From Sphyrna mokarran (taxonomy: Eukaryota): 64,000 bases of DNA. Below, one piece after another: positions 26,721 through 41,000 of this stretch (position 1 is its first letter; the number at the start of each line of letters is the position of its first letter). The stretch lies in contig JAGIQG010000002.1 of NCBI GenBank assembly GCA_024679065.1, positions 43,834,001-43,898,000 of the forward strand, in the 5' to 3' direction. Both the position numbers and the translations under genes were made by a program. The notes under the pieces were generated by a model. It was not told where the DNA came from and searched no databases. It was given only the letters and a program-made list of their open reading frames with translations.

Positions 26721-28066
26721 AAAACTTATAGACAAGTTTTACAAAATGAGATTGTTACTTTAAAAACTCTGTGGAAGTAAAAGCTGAGAAAAACGTGATG
26801 CCCCCACAATATACTGTGCCAATTCTACTTGCTTTGGAAAATAGAACTCGGGCTCACTGTCTAAAAATAAAAGGTAATCTATTCAGGATTGAGATGAGGA
26901 AGAACTTCACTCAGAATCTTATGAACCTATGGAATTCTCTACCACAGAAAGCTGTTGGGGGCAGTTCATTAATATATTCAAGAGGGAGCTGGACGTGGCT
27001 TTTGCAGCTAAAGGGATCAAGGGTATAGAGGGAAAGCAGGAGTGAATGATCAGCCATGATTGCATTGAATGATGGTGCTGGCTCATAGGGCCAAATGGTC
27101 TACTCCTGCAACTATTTTCTGTTTCAGTGATTTAAGTAAAGGTATTTGTATGACTACAAATGTGAAGCAACAAGAAATCTATATGCTTCTGTCTAAAGCA
27201 TTTCTCTGGTATCATGGCAACACTTTTATTCTTTTGGTAAAACCCATAAAATAGTCACTAATTCTTCACAGTTCACATTCCTGCACAGTGTGGTAGAGGT
27301 GTTGTTTTTCAGAAGGTTTGTATCTGGCAACATTGCAAGATGCTCTCATGCATTAATCTCTAAAGCTGTAAAAGTGAAAGACTGCAGTTAAACTGAGAAA
27401 TGAGGCCAGCTTTTCCAACCAGTGTGCCATGGTTGAAAAATACAAATAAATCACTGTCAAAAGTTTTATTTTTGAAATCTTAATTCCATTGGTGATACAC
27501 AAGCAAGGATAAAGAATTCTGCAAATATTTTCTCACCATTTTATCTGAATATTTTTGGTGAGTGGGTCACACTGTAATTTTAGGTTAGTTGCGCACAGCA
27601 ATAGGCCAATCATAGGAATGTGTCTCTGCAGGAGAATTATGGTGCAACATTTTTCCTCCATCTCCCAGCCTTAGAGTTCAAATAATGCAGTAATGTGCAC
27701 GTTGGTCAAATGCATGAATGCTATTTTCTCTTTCTCTGTGCTCCACCTTTGTAAAGTTTGATGCTTAAACTAGTCACAATGTACTTCAAACTCATGGTAA
27801 CACTGAATATGTAGGAGTGGCAGGTACAGAATACATACACAAACATGCAATTGTACTAACCCCACCACACTAAAATCATTCACTTTATAGAAGTGAAAAT
27901 GATGGACAAGCAAGCCCAAATCACATAACCATGCACAAAACCAGCAAACGCAGAAAGATCTCAGCAATTTTTTTTATTCATTCATGGGACATGGGTGTCA
28001 CTGGCTGGCCAGCATTTATTGTTCATCCGTAGCTGTCCTTGTTCAGAGAGCATTTGAAAGTCAACA

Positions 28067-29149
28067 CATCTGGGATGAGGTATCTAAATGGATACGAAAT
28101 TGACTTCTTGACAGAAGCCAGAGGGTAGTTGTGGAGAACTGTTTTTCAAACTGGAGGCCTGTGATCAGCAGTGTGCCTCAGGGATCAGTGCTGGGTCTAA
28201 GTTACTTGTCATTTATATTAATGATTTGGCTGAGAATATGGGAGGTATGGTTAGTAAGTTTACAGATGATATTAAGATTGGTGGCATAGTGCACAGTGAA
28301 GAAAGTTATCTCCAGTTGCAACAGAATCTTGATCAATTGGGCATGTGGAATGGCAGATGAGTTTAATTTAGACAAATGTGAGGTGATGCATTTTGGTAGA
28401 TTGAATCAGTTAATGGACTTACTCAGTTAATGGTAAGGCATTGGGGAAAGTTACAGAACAAAGAGATCTAGGGGTACATTTTCATAGTTCCTTGAAAGTG
28501 GAGTCACAGGTGGACAGAGTGATGAAGAAGGCATTCGGTGTGCTTCGTTTCTTCAGTCAGAACATTGAATACAGGAGTTGGAATGTCTTGCTGAAGTTGT
28601 ACGGGACATTGGTGAGGCCACACTTGGAATGCTATGTGCAAGTCTGGTCACCCTATTATAGAAAGAATGTTATTAAACAAGAAAGAGTGCAGAAAAGATT
28701 TACTATCGGGACTTGATGAATTGAGTTATAAGGAGAGGCTGGATAGACTGGGACTTTTTCTCTAGAACATAGAAGGCTTAGGAGTGATGTAATAGAGGTC
28801 TATAAAATAATGAGGGGCACAGATCAGCAAGATAGTCAATATCTTTTCCCAAAGGTAGGGGAATCTAAAATTAGAGGGCTTGAGTTTAAGGTGAGAGGGA
28901 AGAGATGCAGAAGTGTCGAGAGGAGCAATTTTTTCTCACAGCGTGTCTGGAACAAGCTGTCAGAGTAGAGGTGGATACAACTTTGTTTCTTAAAAAGCAT
29001 TTAAATAATTACATGGATATGATGGGTATAAAGGGATATGGGCCAACTGCAAGCAATTGGAATTAGCTTAGGGTTTTTTTAAAAAAGGGCAGAATGGACA
29101 TGTTGGGCCAAAGGACCTGTTTCCATGCTGTAAATCTCAATGACTCTAT
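28067..29149 (+). mobile_element. CR1 fragment nested in an older SINE (about 27966-29410)
   Basis: EQRDLGVHFHSSLKV..LVRPHLECYVQVWSP; the host SINE resumes at ACCACATTGCTG. Confidence 0.85.
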
Positions 29150-31697
29150 AACCACATTGCTGTGGCTCTGGAGTCATGTGGCAGATCAGGTAAGGACAAC
29201 AGATTTTCTTCCCCAAAGGATATTAGTGAATCAGATAGGTTTTTCTGGCAATTAATAATGGTTTCATGGCAGGCAGTAGATCTTTAATTCCATTTTTTAA
29301 AAATTGAATTCAAATTCCACTGTCTGCCCATAGCAGGATTTGAATTTGGGTCCCACATATTCTCTGAGTTTTTGAAGTAATAGTCGAGCGATAATACATG
29401 AAGCCATCACCTAGTTCTAACAGCATCTGTGGAGAGGTCTAAATTCCACCAACTACCGTGATAGTATTTGTAGTTTAAAAGAAAGTTTCTATTTATCAGT
29501 CACAAGTTGGCTTACATAAACATTGCAATGAAGTTATTATGGCAACCCCCTAGTCTGCACAGTCTGGTGCCTGTTCGGATACATTGAGGGAGAATTTAGC
29601 ATGGGCACTGCACCTAACCAGCACATCTTTTGGACTGTAGGAGGAAAGTCATGCAGACACGGGGAGAACGAGCAAATTCCACACAGTGACCCAAGCCAGG
29701 AATCGAACTCAGGTCCCTGATGCCAACTACTGTGCTATTATGCTGCCCCATGTTCCTGGAGTAATAGCTGGGGCCTCTAAATTACTTGTCCAGTGACATT
29801 ATCATCATCAACAAGCTGCCATGCCACCTGAATCACACCGAATAGGAGCAGGATAATGGCACAGTGTGAACCCATTGCTCATTTTCTGGAGCTCTTTAAT
29901 TTAAATCCACATAGGTTCTTTTAATCATCTCATGAAATTTAGTGCATGTTTGTTCTGGTACAAAAGGTGGTTTGAATTAGGAGTTGGTATTTATGCTTTA
30001 TGGAAGGTCAAATGCCATCTGTAAGCCAGATGTTGTTGAGTGCTGTTTTGTAAAACAGAATGCATTTGTGAAACGATTGTTAGCAAAAGAGGTAAGTTCA
30101 CTTTTGTTTTCTGCAATAGTTAACAGGAAAATGATCTGAAACGTGAGCTGGTCATTACAATTGAAAGTTTGTTAACATGTGTAACTTGAATGTTGAATTA
30201 AATCATGAACACCCACTGCAGATAAATATAAAGTATTTAACTTCAAAAGATTTATGATTTCAAATTTTAGTATACTGCTCTTTTGATTGCTAATATGAGC
30301 AAAAAAAAAATCTAGTATGAGTTTCAAATCTTGATATCAGGGAAAAATATATCCCAAAAATACTTTTTTCAACCACTGGTTATGCCATGTTCAGTTATGA
30401 ATAATTTTATTTTTATCCTTATATGGGTATAACTGAAAATGATGTATTTAACAGATGTTTTCCATTCATCAAGTTCCAGAAAGCTGACATACACTAAGAA
30501 ATATTCAGTTAGCAACCACAGTTACCAGTGGATAGGAAACTGAAACAAGTCAATATAATCAATGAAAACATTGTTTGCATTCATTGCAATGAAATGACAT
30601 GTTTCGGTGTCACAATGCCATTGTCTTCTTTTTATCAGTGGTAAACCTATTTCATTGTTGTTATCCTTGTTTATTCATCTTCTGTTATTGACATTTTTAA
30701 TTCATTATGAATTAGTCAAACTTACCAACGATATCAAACTATGAGGGGCAGTTAAATCTGATAAGTTGGACAAATATGCAAGCAGAAGAAATGAAAGAGA
30801 TTTAATTAGGGAACACATCAGGATCTTTCAAATATGACTGGAGACTTACTTATAATGTATTGCTTGGTCAAATCATGTACAAATGTATAATATTGTTTCC
30901 TATTTACCAGTGAATCTGCAGAACTCTACTGCCTAAGATTCTGGACACCATTGAGTGTCTTTAAGACAGAGATAGAAAATTTCTTCATTAAAAGAATCAG
31001 TGATTATGAATAGGAGAATAAAGGTGAGAAAAATATCAGCCATGATTGAATAATGGAGCAGACTCAATGGGCCAAGTGGCCTAATTCTGCTCCTACATCT
31101 TATGGTCTTCCTCCTTGACCGTCATGTCTCTTCAATATATGTTATATGTGGTCTCATAATTTTCCATTATACACTTTGTGTCAATGCTGCAGCACATTTA
31201 CCATGCTTTCAGTGCAATACTCCCCACCAGGCACACGTCAGAACTTCATGCTATGCATGTTTCATTAACACTTAGAAAAATCACTTGAGATTTTCTCCAT
31301 AGATGATCCCTGACCTACAAAATATTTAGTCATTTTCTAGTTTTACTTCAAATTTCCAGCACAGCAGTTGCTGTAAATTACATGGCACCTTTTGGTCAGT
31401 TTTATTTGTTTTTCATCTACAATACTGCTGACTACTGTCTATAAGCAGGTTAACTGCATGTAGGAATATGCTTGTATTCTCTTGATCACCCTTTGAATTG
31501 ACCTGGAGTTTCTTAGTACCCTTACTTTGCACAGCTCTCTAAACGGAAAGTCTAGGCGGCGCATTCCAATCATAGCAAAACATGTAGGACATTATTAAAA
31601 GCAGCCCCTAGCAGCAAGTTATGGGGGTGATGCTGAAAACTTCCATTAAAATAGATGAATAAGAATTCACACAATAAACAGAGGATTTGTTCAAAGT

Positions 31698-31703
31698 TTT
31701 ATT
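31698..31703 (-). promoter_or_regulatory. Candidate vimentin polyA signal
   Basis: AATAAA on minus about 360 nt after the stop; another at 31802-31807. Confidence 0.45.
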
Positions 31704-32060
31704 ACAGCTTGCTTACACAGAATTGCTGGGAAGAAAAGTAAAGCAATTGAGATTCTAAACCTGTAAATAAAGATTCAAAACTGGTGAATGAAGTATTGCT
31801 ATTTATTACTGTGCCTTTGTAAACTCTTTCTGTAAACAGAGTGATATAATCCTTCTGTAAAACCAACTGCTTTTCTACAAAGCTTACAACACAATTTTAT
31901 TGAATCTGACACTCTTCGATTAGATACAGAAAGGCACTTCAAAGCCAACAGTTTTCTTCTTGATGATTAAAAGGAGGAGCAACATTCTTGTCAAGCGTTT
32001 CTTCTTTAGGTCATCGGCTTCCAAGCGCATGAAAGAGCATTCTCAGACCAAAGGCTCAGT

Positions 32061-32096
32061 TCAGTCTTCAATTCTCTGGGTAGTTTCGCTGAGTAT
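32061..32096 (-). CDS. VIM: Vimentin exon 9
   Basis: [11 protein letters not shown]. Confidence 0.88.
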   Translation of the reverse strand: MLSETTQRIED

Positions 32097-35000
32097 CTGC
32101 AAAAGCAAAAAAAAAATTGACACATTAGTTTTTGTAAGTTGGAAAGAGGTATATCCATTTTATTAATTTTTTTTGTGAACTTTAATACTAACGTCTCCAC
32201 CACTGGTTTCAATTGTTTTAATTACAACATTCCTCCTTGATGTATGAACATCACTTGGCTGCTGCTCATACATGGCATCTGTAAAGAAAATACAAATAAC
32301 GAAATCATAGATGAGTGGTTTCAATTAAAATATCAACTATGCAAAGATATAACAACATGCTTCCTTGTGTTTTTTTAACTGAAACCTCCTATATTAAGTA
32401 GACTAGTCCACAATTTAAATAATAATGCTGCTTTCTGAACATTTACAAAACATGCTCATTGCCAGAATCAAGTTGGAACATAAAGACATTATTGGGTTAC
32501 TGCATTTACTACTAAGCATGATGTCCCATTGTGGAATGCATTAAAAATGTTAGACATGTATCTATAGGCTTGCTCTAAGTTGAAACATATTGAATAGCAT
32601 CCATACTCTTGTAGTACTTACTTAGTTAGTCCAATGAACAACTCAGCTATACAAGTCAGCAAAATCCTTGGCTTATTGACTATAGACCAACATTGAGTTA
32701 ACTGACCTTAGCCAGGAAAGTGGTAGGTTGTTAGGTACCATCTTGTTTTAGGATTGGAGAATGACTCAAGTTTGATCTCTGCTGGAACTTTATCTATGTA
32801 GATACAGATTTGGTCTTGGCTGTGATGCCTTTATTGCAGTAGTGGACTTCCTCCCTTGGTGGGATATCAGTGTGAACTGCCATGCCACCAAGAAAAATAA
32901 ATTGGGATTAATGTTAAAGTGGCAGACAGAAGTCCCAACCCACTATTTATATAAAAAGGAAATCCAAACCTGTATCTTAAACAGTGTCAATTGTTAATGG
33001 TTCCTTTATAAGGCAAAAACTCAACCAAATGTTCTGGGCAGTATGGTACCTCATCAGGTAAAAATACAAATTGAAGCTCTGAAACCTTTCACCAGAACCA
33101 GCTCAGATTTCATTGTACCTTTAAAAAGAATAAGTGTGGAAGCTTGTACTTGGTACTATAATGTTGAGTAGGCCTTGTAAAATATTTGTTGTGCAGGTAA
33201 AGAAAAACAATTCTTAGATCAAATGTCTGAAGAAATAACTGTAGAACAGCTGACTTACCAAGATCATTCTGCATTCAATGCATGGCATGAAGTAAAGAGA
33301 AAGGTCCTTTATAGCAGGAAAATCATATCTTAAAACAGTTGCTTTTTATAAAGTGACTTTTTAAAAAATGAAAACATTACTTATCCATTTCCAAGTTAAC
33401 AATAGAGATAACCTACCAGAAAGGCTTAGAGAACCAAATGGTGCCACAGGCACAGAAATCCTGCCAAAAAAAAATATAATTATACAAATGAAGAAAGTCA
33501 TCCTTCCCTGTAATTTTACTATTACCACAACAACTCTGTGTCGAATCACTCAATAGCTTCTACCACCTTGACTCAATGTGTAAATTTATTCTATCCTCCC
33601 AAAAGGTTCCTCCAGATGGAATAAAAGAATTCAGTTTTAATTCAGTTGTAAAAATCTTACGACATCCATCACCAATGTATCTACACCATCACAATAATTT
33701 AAAGATCAATTACTATCAGCTTCAGTTGTTTATTCCACCAAAGGTAACCAAATTGCTGCTCCATTTGCCCGGGATCTCTCAAGAGATGGCCTTTTTTTCT
33801 TCATTTGTTTACAGAATATAGACATTGTTTGCAAAGCAACATTTATTACCCATCAATAGTTCTTCTGAGATGTTGGTGGGTCTTCTAACCTAGCCAAGAA
33901 CTAAAATTACACACATAAGGAGAGTAGCTTTAAAATTTCGATGAAACTTTTACTCAACGTAATTGTAGAGGTTTAAAGAATCTTTCCTGCTATATTAGTG
34001 AGAGTTTTTGTCAGTTTATTGTTCACATAATACATGTATAAAGCACCGTAAGTTCAAATGTGTTTTCTATACCACAAGTACCAATTTTGTTTTGCGAAGG
34101 CACTTGTTTAATTCTTGCTGCTTATGTCAGTGCATTTACAAAGTGAAGAAACTTGCATAGATTTTTAAGTTACTGAGTATATGTTTGTCTCAGTCTTCAA
34201 ACTGAATATTTTATAATTAACACTATTTTTCATTTGAATTAAAAAGTACATTTTTTCTTAAATTACACAAAAACATTACCTGCTTTCCTCGCCCTCCAGC
34301 AATTTCCTGTAGGTTGCAATCTCAATATCAAGAGCCATCTTTACGGTCAGCAACTCTTGGTATTCTTGCAAGTGACGAGCCATCTCATCCTTCAAGTTAG
34401 CAATGTCATCTTCAAGACGGCCAATGGTATCTTGGGCATTATTTACTTCCAAAATGTAACGTTCTTCCATTTCTTGCATTTGACGCTCAAGAGATTCATT
34501 CTGTTTTAACAGGAATATTTATGTTACTTCCATTTTTTTTCCTTCAGTCCCCTACTTCATGCCTTTTCTCTCATATTTATATAAGAGCATCACTTCTGTT
34601 TCAATGGTTCCAAAACCATCCCAGATATACATTCACAAACCACAAGTTTTATTAACATACTGCTTAATTTCAGAATTCATGAGGGCACTTGGGATTTTTG
34701 CCAAGGCATAAAATTATAGTTGTATGTTTTAGTTTCTCAGTCATTCACTGTAAGCCACTATAATTGAAAATTTTCCTTGGATGATCAGGGCAGTTTACAT
34801 TCATAATAGTGATCACTTGAAAGAATAAAGATAGCTTTTTTAGCTGCAAAATATTTGTTGGTAGCTTCATAACACCCATCCATTAAAAGGCAATATTGAT
34901 GAAGTTTCAAAAGTTAAGACTCAGAAATATTTTCAAAAGTTTAACATAATACATTTTTACACAGATATTAGAAAGCAACTTTAAAATAATGTAGAGTTAA

Positions 35001-38000
35001 AAAGAAAACAGATGAAGAGAACTGAAGCAGGTGAAGATGGCGTGTAAATATTTACTAATGTATTAAGGGGGGGTTCAAATATTAGGAAAAAGGCAACCCC
35101 CAGAATACTTGGAAAAATCTGCTGACATCAGCGCAAATACATTATGACAAACCTCTGGGCCAATTACCTTATTGGTGTACTTGAATTTAATTAAGTATTT
35201 GTTTTGATATTCCTCTCTATAGCATCAGAGATAAGTAATTAACCAGGCAATACTAAAAACATAAGAAGCAACATGTTTTGAAAGGCTCATGCGCTTCCTT
35301 ATATGGCCTTGAAATGTATTCAGTCTATAGCAAATTTGGAAGCCATATTGTAAAGCAAATGAGATGGGAAGGGACATTCCTGGATCTCCAGGCCATATTT
35401 TCTCAGTCTATTCAAACAGCATGGTTCCTGATATTCTGGCCAACATCAAACAAATCCCTGAGGAATGGATCATTTATTTCAATGTTGTTTGAGATGCTTG
35501 CTAAGTGAAAATTGGCTGCAAGATTTCCTATATTGCAGCACTAACTGCACTTTGAAAGTGCATTATTGGCTGTGGAACATTTTGGGATATTTTGAGGTTG
35601 TAAAAGGTGATTTTTTTTAATGACCAAGAGGTGCCACTTTCACTGGTGTTCAGAAAGTTGCCCTTAAACTTTACATTGGGATGTTTACCACAATAGATAA
35701 GAGCGGTGAACAGGACTTAGAAACAAGACAACAAGGACAGTATTTTGGACTTTTCATGGGACTGAGGGAAAGTCAAGGCCTGGATCCTTCTGATTGCTAT
35801 GTCTAATTGGGTAATGAAGTATTTAAGAACCAATTTGTAAGCCCATTCTACATGTTGATCATTTCCAATATTTTTTATTCATTAGTTTTGAGCCTATGAC
35901 ACCCACCTTCTCTTGCAATTTTATTTATTTTTTCAGGTTTACCTCTTCCTTACTGCCGACTATTTTATGTACATTATGTTATGCAGAAATGTCAAGATTG
36001 GCACTCAGCCGCATGCTTTCAAGGCTGAAATTTCCAAGTTTCTCCACCTTTCACAGATCCTTCTGTTCCTCAACACTATTAAGAGCCCTACCATTAGCCC
36101 TATACTCTACACATTTATTGTTCCTGCCAAAGTGCATTACCTCACACTTTTCCACATTAAACTCCATTTGCCACCTCTCGGCCCAGCTCTGCAACTTGTC
36201 CAAGTCACTCTGTAAACTAAAACACCCCTCTTCACTATCTACCACACCACCAACTTTAGTATCATCTGCAAATTTACTGATCCATCCCTCAATACCCTCA
36301 TCCAGATCATTTATAAAAATTACAAACAGCAGGGGCCCCAAAACAGACCCCTGAGGCACACCACTCGTCACCGAACTCCACGATGAATATCTCCCATCAA
36401 CCACCACCCTCTGTCTTCTATCTGCCAGCCAATTCCTAATCCAATTAGCTAAATCACCCTCTATTCCACACATCTGCATTTTCTGTAGAAGTCTTCCATG
36501 GGCCACCTTATCAAAAGCCTTACTAAAGTCCATATATACTACATCAACCGCCTTACCCCCATCCACCTCTCTGGTCACTTTCTCAAAAAACTCAATGAGG
36601 TTAGTAAGGCATGACCTACCCTTCACGAAACCATGCTGACTATCCCCAATCAATTCATTTCTCTCTAAATAACTATAAATCCTATCCCTAATAATTCTCT
36701 CCAATACCTTGCCCACCACAGAAGTAAGACTCACTGGCCTATAATTCCCAGGAAGGTCTCTCTTCCCCTTCTTAAACAATGGGACCACATTCGCCATCCT
36801 CCAGTCCTCCGGAACCACACCCGTAACCAACGAGGACCTGAAGATCAGAGCCAGAGGCTCTGCAATCTCCTCTCTTGCCTCCCAGAGAATCCTAGGGTAA
36901 ATCCCGTCCGGCCCAGGGGACTTATCCAACTTCAAACCCTCGAGAATTTCTAACACATCCTCCCTATCTACTACAATACTCCCCAATTTGCAACCCTGTA
37001 CCTCAGTGCTCTCCACAGCTACATTTCCAGCACTCTGCGTGAATACCGAAGAGAAATATTTATTATTTATTTATTTATCCCGAAAAGAGGCAGTCAAGTG
37101 GATAAAGTTGTTAAGAAGGCTTATGGAGTCTTAGCTTTTATTGGTAGGGGGATTGAATTTAGGAGCCGCAGAATCATGTTGCAGCTGTACAAAACTCTAG
37201 TGCGGCCGCACTTGGAGTATTGTGTGCAGTTCTGGTCGCCACATTATAAGAAAGATGTGGAGGCATTGGAGAGGGTACAGAGGAGGTTTACTAGGATGTT
37301 GCCTGGTATGGAGGGCAGGTCCTATGAAGAGAGGTTGAAGGATTTGAGGTTGTTTTCGTTAGAAAGGAGGCGGCTAAGGGGGATCTTATTGAAACATATA
37401 AGATGATTAGAGGTTTGGATAGGGTGGACAGTGATAGCCTTTTTCCTAGGATGGAAAAAGCTAGCACGAGGGGACACAACTTTAAATTAAGGGGTATGAG
37501 TTATAGGACGGATATCAGAGGTAGGTTCTTTACTCAAAGAGTGATTAGGGAGTGGAATGCCCTGCCTGCAGCTGTTGTAGATGCGCCAAGTTTGGTGGCG
37601 TTTAAGAGGTTAGTTGATAAGTATATGGATGAGAAGGGAATGGTTTAGTTAGGAGGGGCATTGCTTTTTATTTTGGTCGGCACAACATCGAAGGCCGAAG
37701 GGCCTGTTCTGTGCTGTATTGTTCTATGTTCTATGTTTCACCACAGGCAATGATTCTTGTAGCTAGACAGTGCTTGAAGTTCTTCCCTTTGTCTTACCAT
37801 GATCAAAACCGTAGCATTCTCAAGTTGGCAACTGAGCAGAGCACTATAAAATTTGATCATAACTGTTTTTCCTTTATAATTCTGTTGGAATTGGTGATTT
37901 TGGCTCTCTGTTATTTAAAATGATTGAAGATCAAATCTATTAAGACTTCTTAGCCTTTCTTTAAAAATATTTCCTTTGCTTTTTCAATGTTATCCATGTA

Positions 38001-41000
38001 TTTCAATAACATTCAGCTTTAACTCAGCATTATCCCTCTTGGCTCTTCCATTGAATTTGATTTGTTATGCAGCTTGCCAGGCCTTTCCTCCAAAGTTAGA
38101 AAAACTGAAGGCATTTTTTTCAGTCTCTGTCCCAAAATCTGTCCCCTAGCCACCAATTCCATCTCTTTCCCTGGCTTTCAATTGAAGCAATCTGTTTGTA
38201 ACCTCCACGTCCTATTCCATCCTGACTTGTGCTTTCAACCACATACCCACCCATCATCAACGCTGTCTACTTCTACCACTGTAATATTTCTATAACCTCC
38301 TCTAGTACTGCTGCTTGCTTGCAATTTCTGCACTGATCCATTCCAGTTTCTTGTGTATCTCCAATTTTAATTGTTCTCCAATGGCAGCTACGCCTTCAGC
38401 TTTCCAGTTTCTGTTCCCTGGAAGTCTGAACCTAAACCTGTTTATCTCTCTACTTCTTTCTTCTCTTTTAAGTCTCTCCTTAAAACCTGCCTCTTTGATG
38501 AAGCATGGTGTCATCTACCTAGAAGTGCATAGGTTCTTGATTGTTAAAAGGGATCAAGGGCTATGGAGGGAAAAACAAAAGAATGGGGCTGAGAAACTTA
38601 TCAACCGTGGTTAAATGGTATGGCAGACTCGATGGACCAAATGGCTTAATTCTGCTCCTATACCTTAAAGAACATAGAACATTACAGCACAGTACAGACC
38701 CTTCGGCTCTTGATTCGACCAGTGGAACGAATCTAATGACCCTCTAACCTAAACTAATCCAATGTTGTCCATATGCTATCCACTGACCATTTGAACACTC
38801 TTAACGTTGGCGAGTTATGGTCTTACTTGTCCTAATATCCCTATGTAGCTTGGTGGCAATTTTGTTGTTGCTAAACATTGGCATGTTTTATGTTAAAAGA
38901 TTTGATCAACGTGCACTGTTGTTGTTGGACAACAAATCTTTCGGTTCTATAACTGAATTTAATTTGTTGAAGGTTACATATAATACATAGAGTACTTACT
39001 GTTCCCTTAAGTGCATCAATATCACAGGTCAGTGTCTGGATTTGTCTGCGGTATTCACTATTCTCTTGTTTAGCTGTGCGAAGAGCATCATTGTTGCGAG
39101 AGGCAGTGTCACTCACATCAGCCAACTGTTTCAATACAAAAACCTCGATGAGCAATTCTTAATATAACACTCGCGTCCTGACTTTACCAAACAAAATACA
39201 TTTAAATTTTAGTTTTGTATTTAATGAAGAACTAATCTACATTGCCCTGATTGCTGTGGGAGTTGCTGTAGGAAAACGTGGATGTGACAGTGACACTGAC
39301 TTCAGAGATTGTAGTGTGGAAGAGTTGATCCTAGAGTGACGAATGGGAAAAGTGCGGAGTGAAGTGATTCCACAGGTTATATTAGGTAATAAGGTGGGAA
39401 AGATAGGGTGGAACTTTCCCCCAAGATTTTCGAAGTGTCATAAAAGTCTGAAAATCGTAGAGTTTCATTCCGGTTTCTCCAACAAGCTTAGATTCTGCCC
39501 CCTCTACTGGCATGAAACGCCTATTGCCAAAAGAATTGAAGAGTGTGGGAAAACACTTGTCGGGGAAACCGACATGCACCTGATTTCCCACATACTGTGG
39601 AGAAGTGGGCCCTCATTCATGAAAACAGGCCAATCAGCTCAACTTGTCAATGCTGCCCAGTTTTTAACCACTAAGCTAGTCCCAATCGCCCGCATTTTTG
39701 CCCATAATCCTCTATACCCATCTTATCCATGTAACTGTCTAAATGCATTTTAAAAAGACCAAATTGTACCCACTCTAATACTGCTTCTGGCAGCTTGTTC
39801 CAGACACACACCATCCTCTGATGAAAAAATTGCCCCTCTGGAACATTTTGTATCTCTCCTCTCTCAAACCTATGCCCTCTAGTTGTTCTGATTACCATCC
39901 CCTCCCGATTGCCAGTCTCCTGATCAGCAATCCCCACATCCAATTGCTAGCCTCACCTTTAGCTGCCACTCATGATGCAGTGTTCCTCTTTCCTCCCCTC
40001 CTACCTCTTTTGTCTGGCTCTGCCCCCTCCTACTCCCTCCCCGATCCCTGAAGGCCCCACTTCCTTTACCAGGGTCCTGGTGGGCACTGCCAGAGTGCTA
40101 GGCTGGCACTGTTAAAGGGGGTACTGCCCTCTGCCCACAACCACCCAGGGGACCTCAGTGGCCTTCAGCACCCTGGCAAGGCCATTACATCTGGTCCCCA
40201 TTGATAGGTCCATCTGTATCTGTGCCAATGAGAATCTCCGCCAGCAAGGTTGGAAAGGCAAATCAAACCTGAACAACAGTGTCCTGGGATCACTGAATAG
40301 ATTTATAAAAGGATATGAATATTTAAATCAGCCTCAAGCCATGATGACGTCAAGTGAAATGGCCCAGGAAAATCACAACTGGCCAGATGCCGGGCGCAAT
40401 TCAGATGTTTTGTCTCCCGCTGAAATCTCCATCCTGCTACGCAACTCAACCAGTGCAGCAGGGTGGGAAAAATCACTCTTTTAAACTGGTATAGTTGAAA
40501 TGTACAAAGCATGGATGGATAAGGATGAGATCAGTCTGTTGATGAAATTGGAATGGTATAACAGTAGTAATTTGAGCTGTTCTAAAATTTAGGTGTTTAT
40601 GAGTATGGAATTTATTAGGATTTTAATGATAATTTAAAATATGCAATTTGGAGTTGGGAGCGAGTGCAATTATGAGATAAGATATAGCTGGTAGATACAG
40701 GAATAGAACTAAGGGCTTAGTATAGATAGTAGTGTGGTAGTAATTATATATTCTGTTGTGGGAGGAAGGGCAAAGATGCCTTTTTTTAAAAATAAAAAAT
40801 AAAGATATAGAATTGGCACTGGGAGGGGGATAGTGCTTGGTATAAGCTTTAGAAGTTTACTGATAGATGGTTTGGCCTCCATTTTGTTGTCATGACTACC
40901 ATACAATGTATAGCAGAAAACATACCTTAGATTTGTACCATTCCTCGGTTTCAGCAATATTCTTAGCAGCAAGTTTATCAAACTGAGAACGAACTTCATG

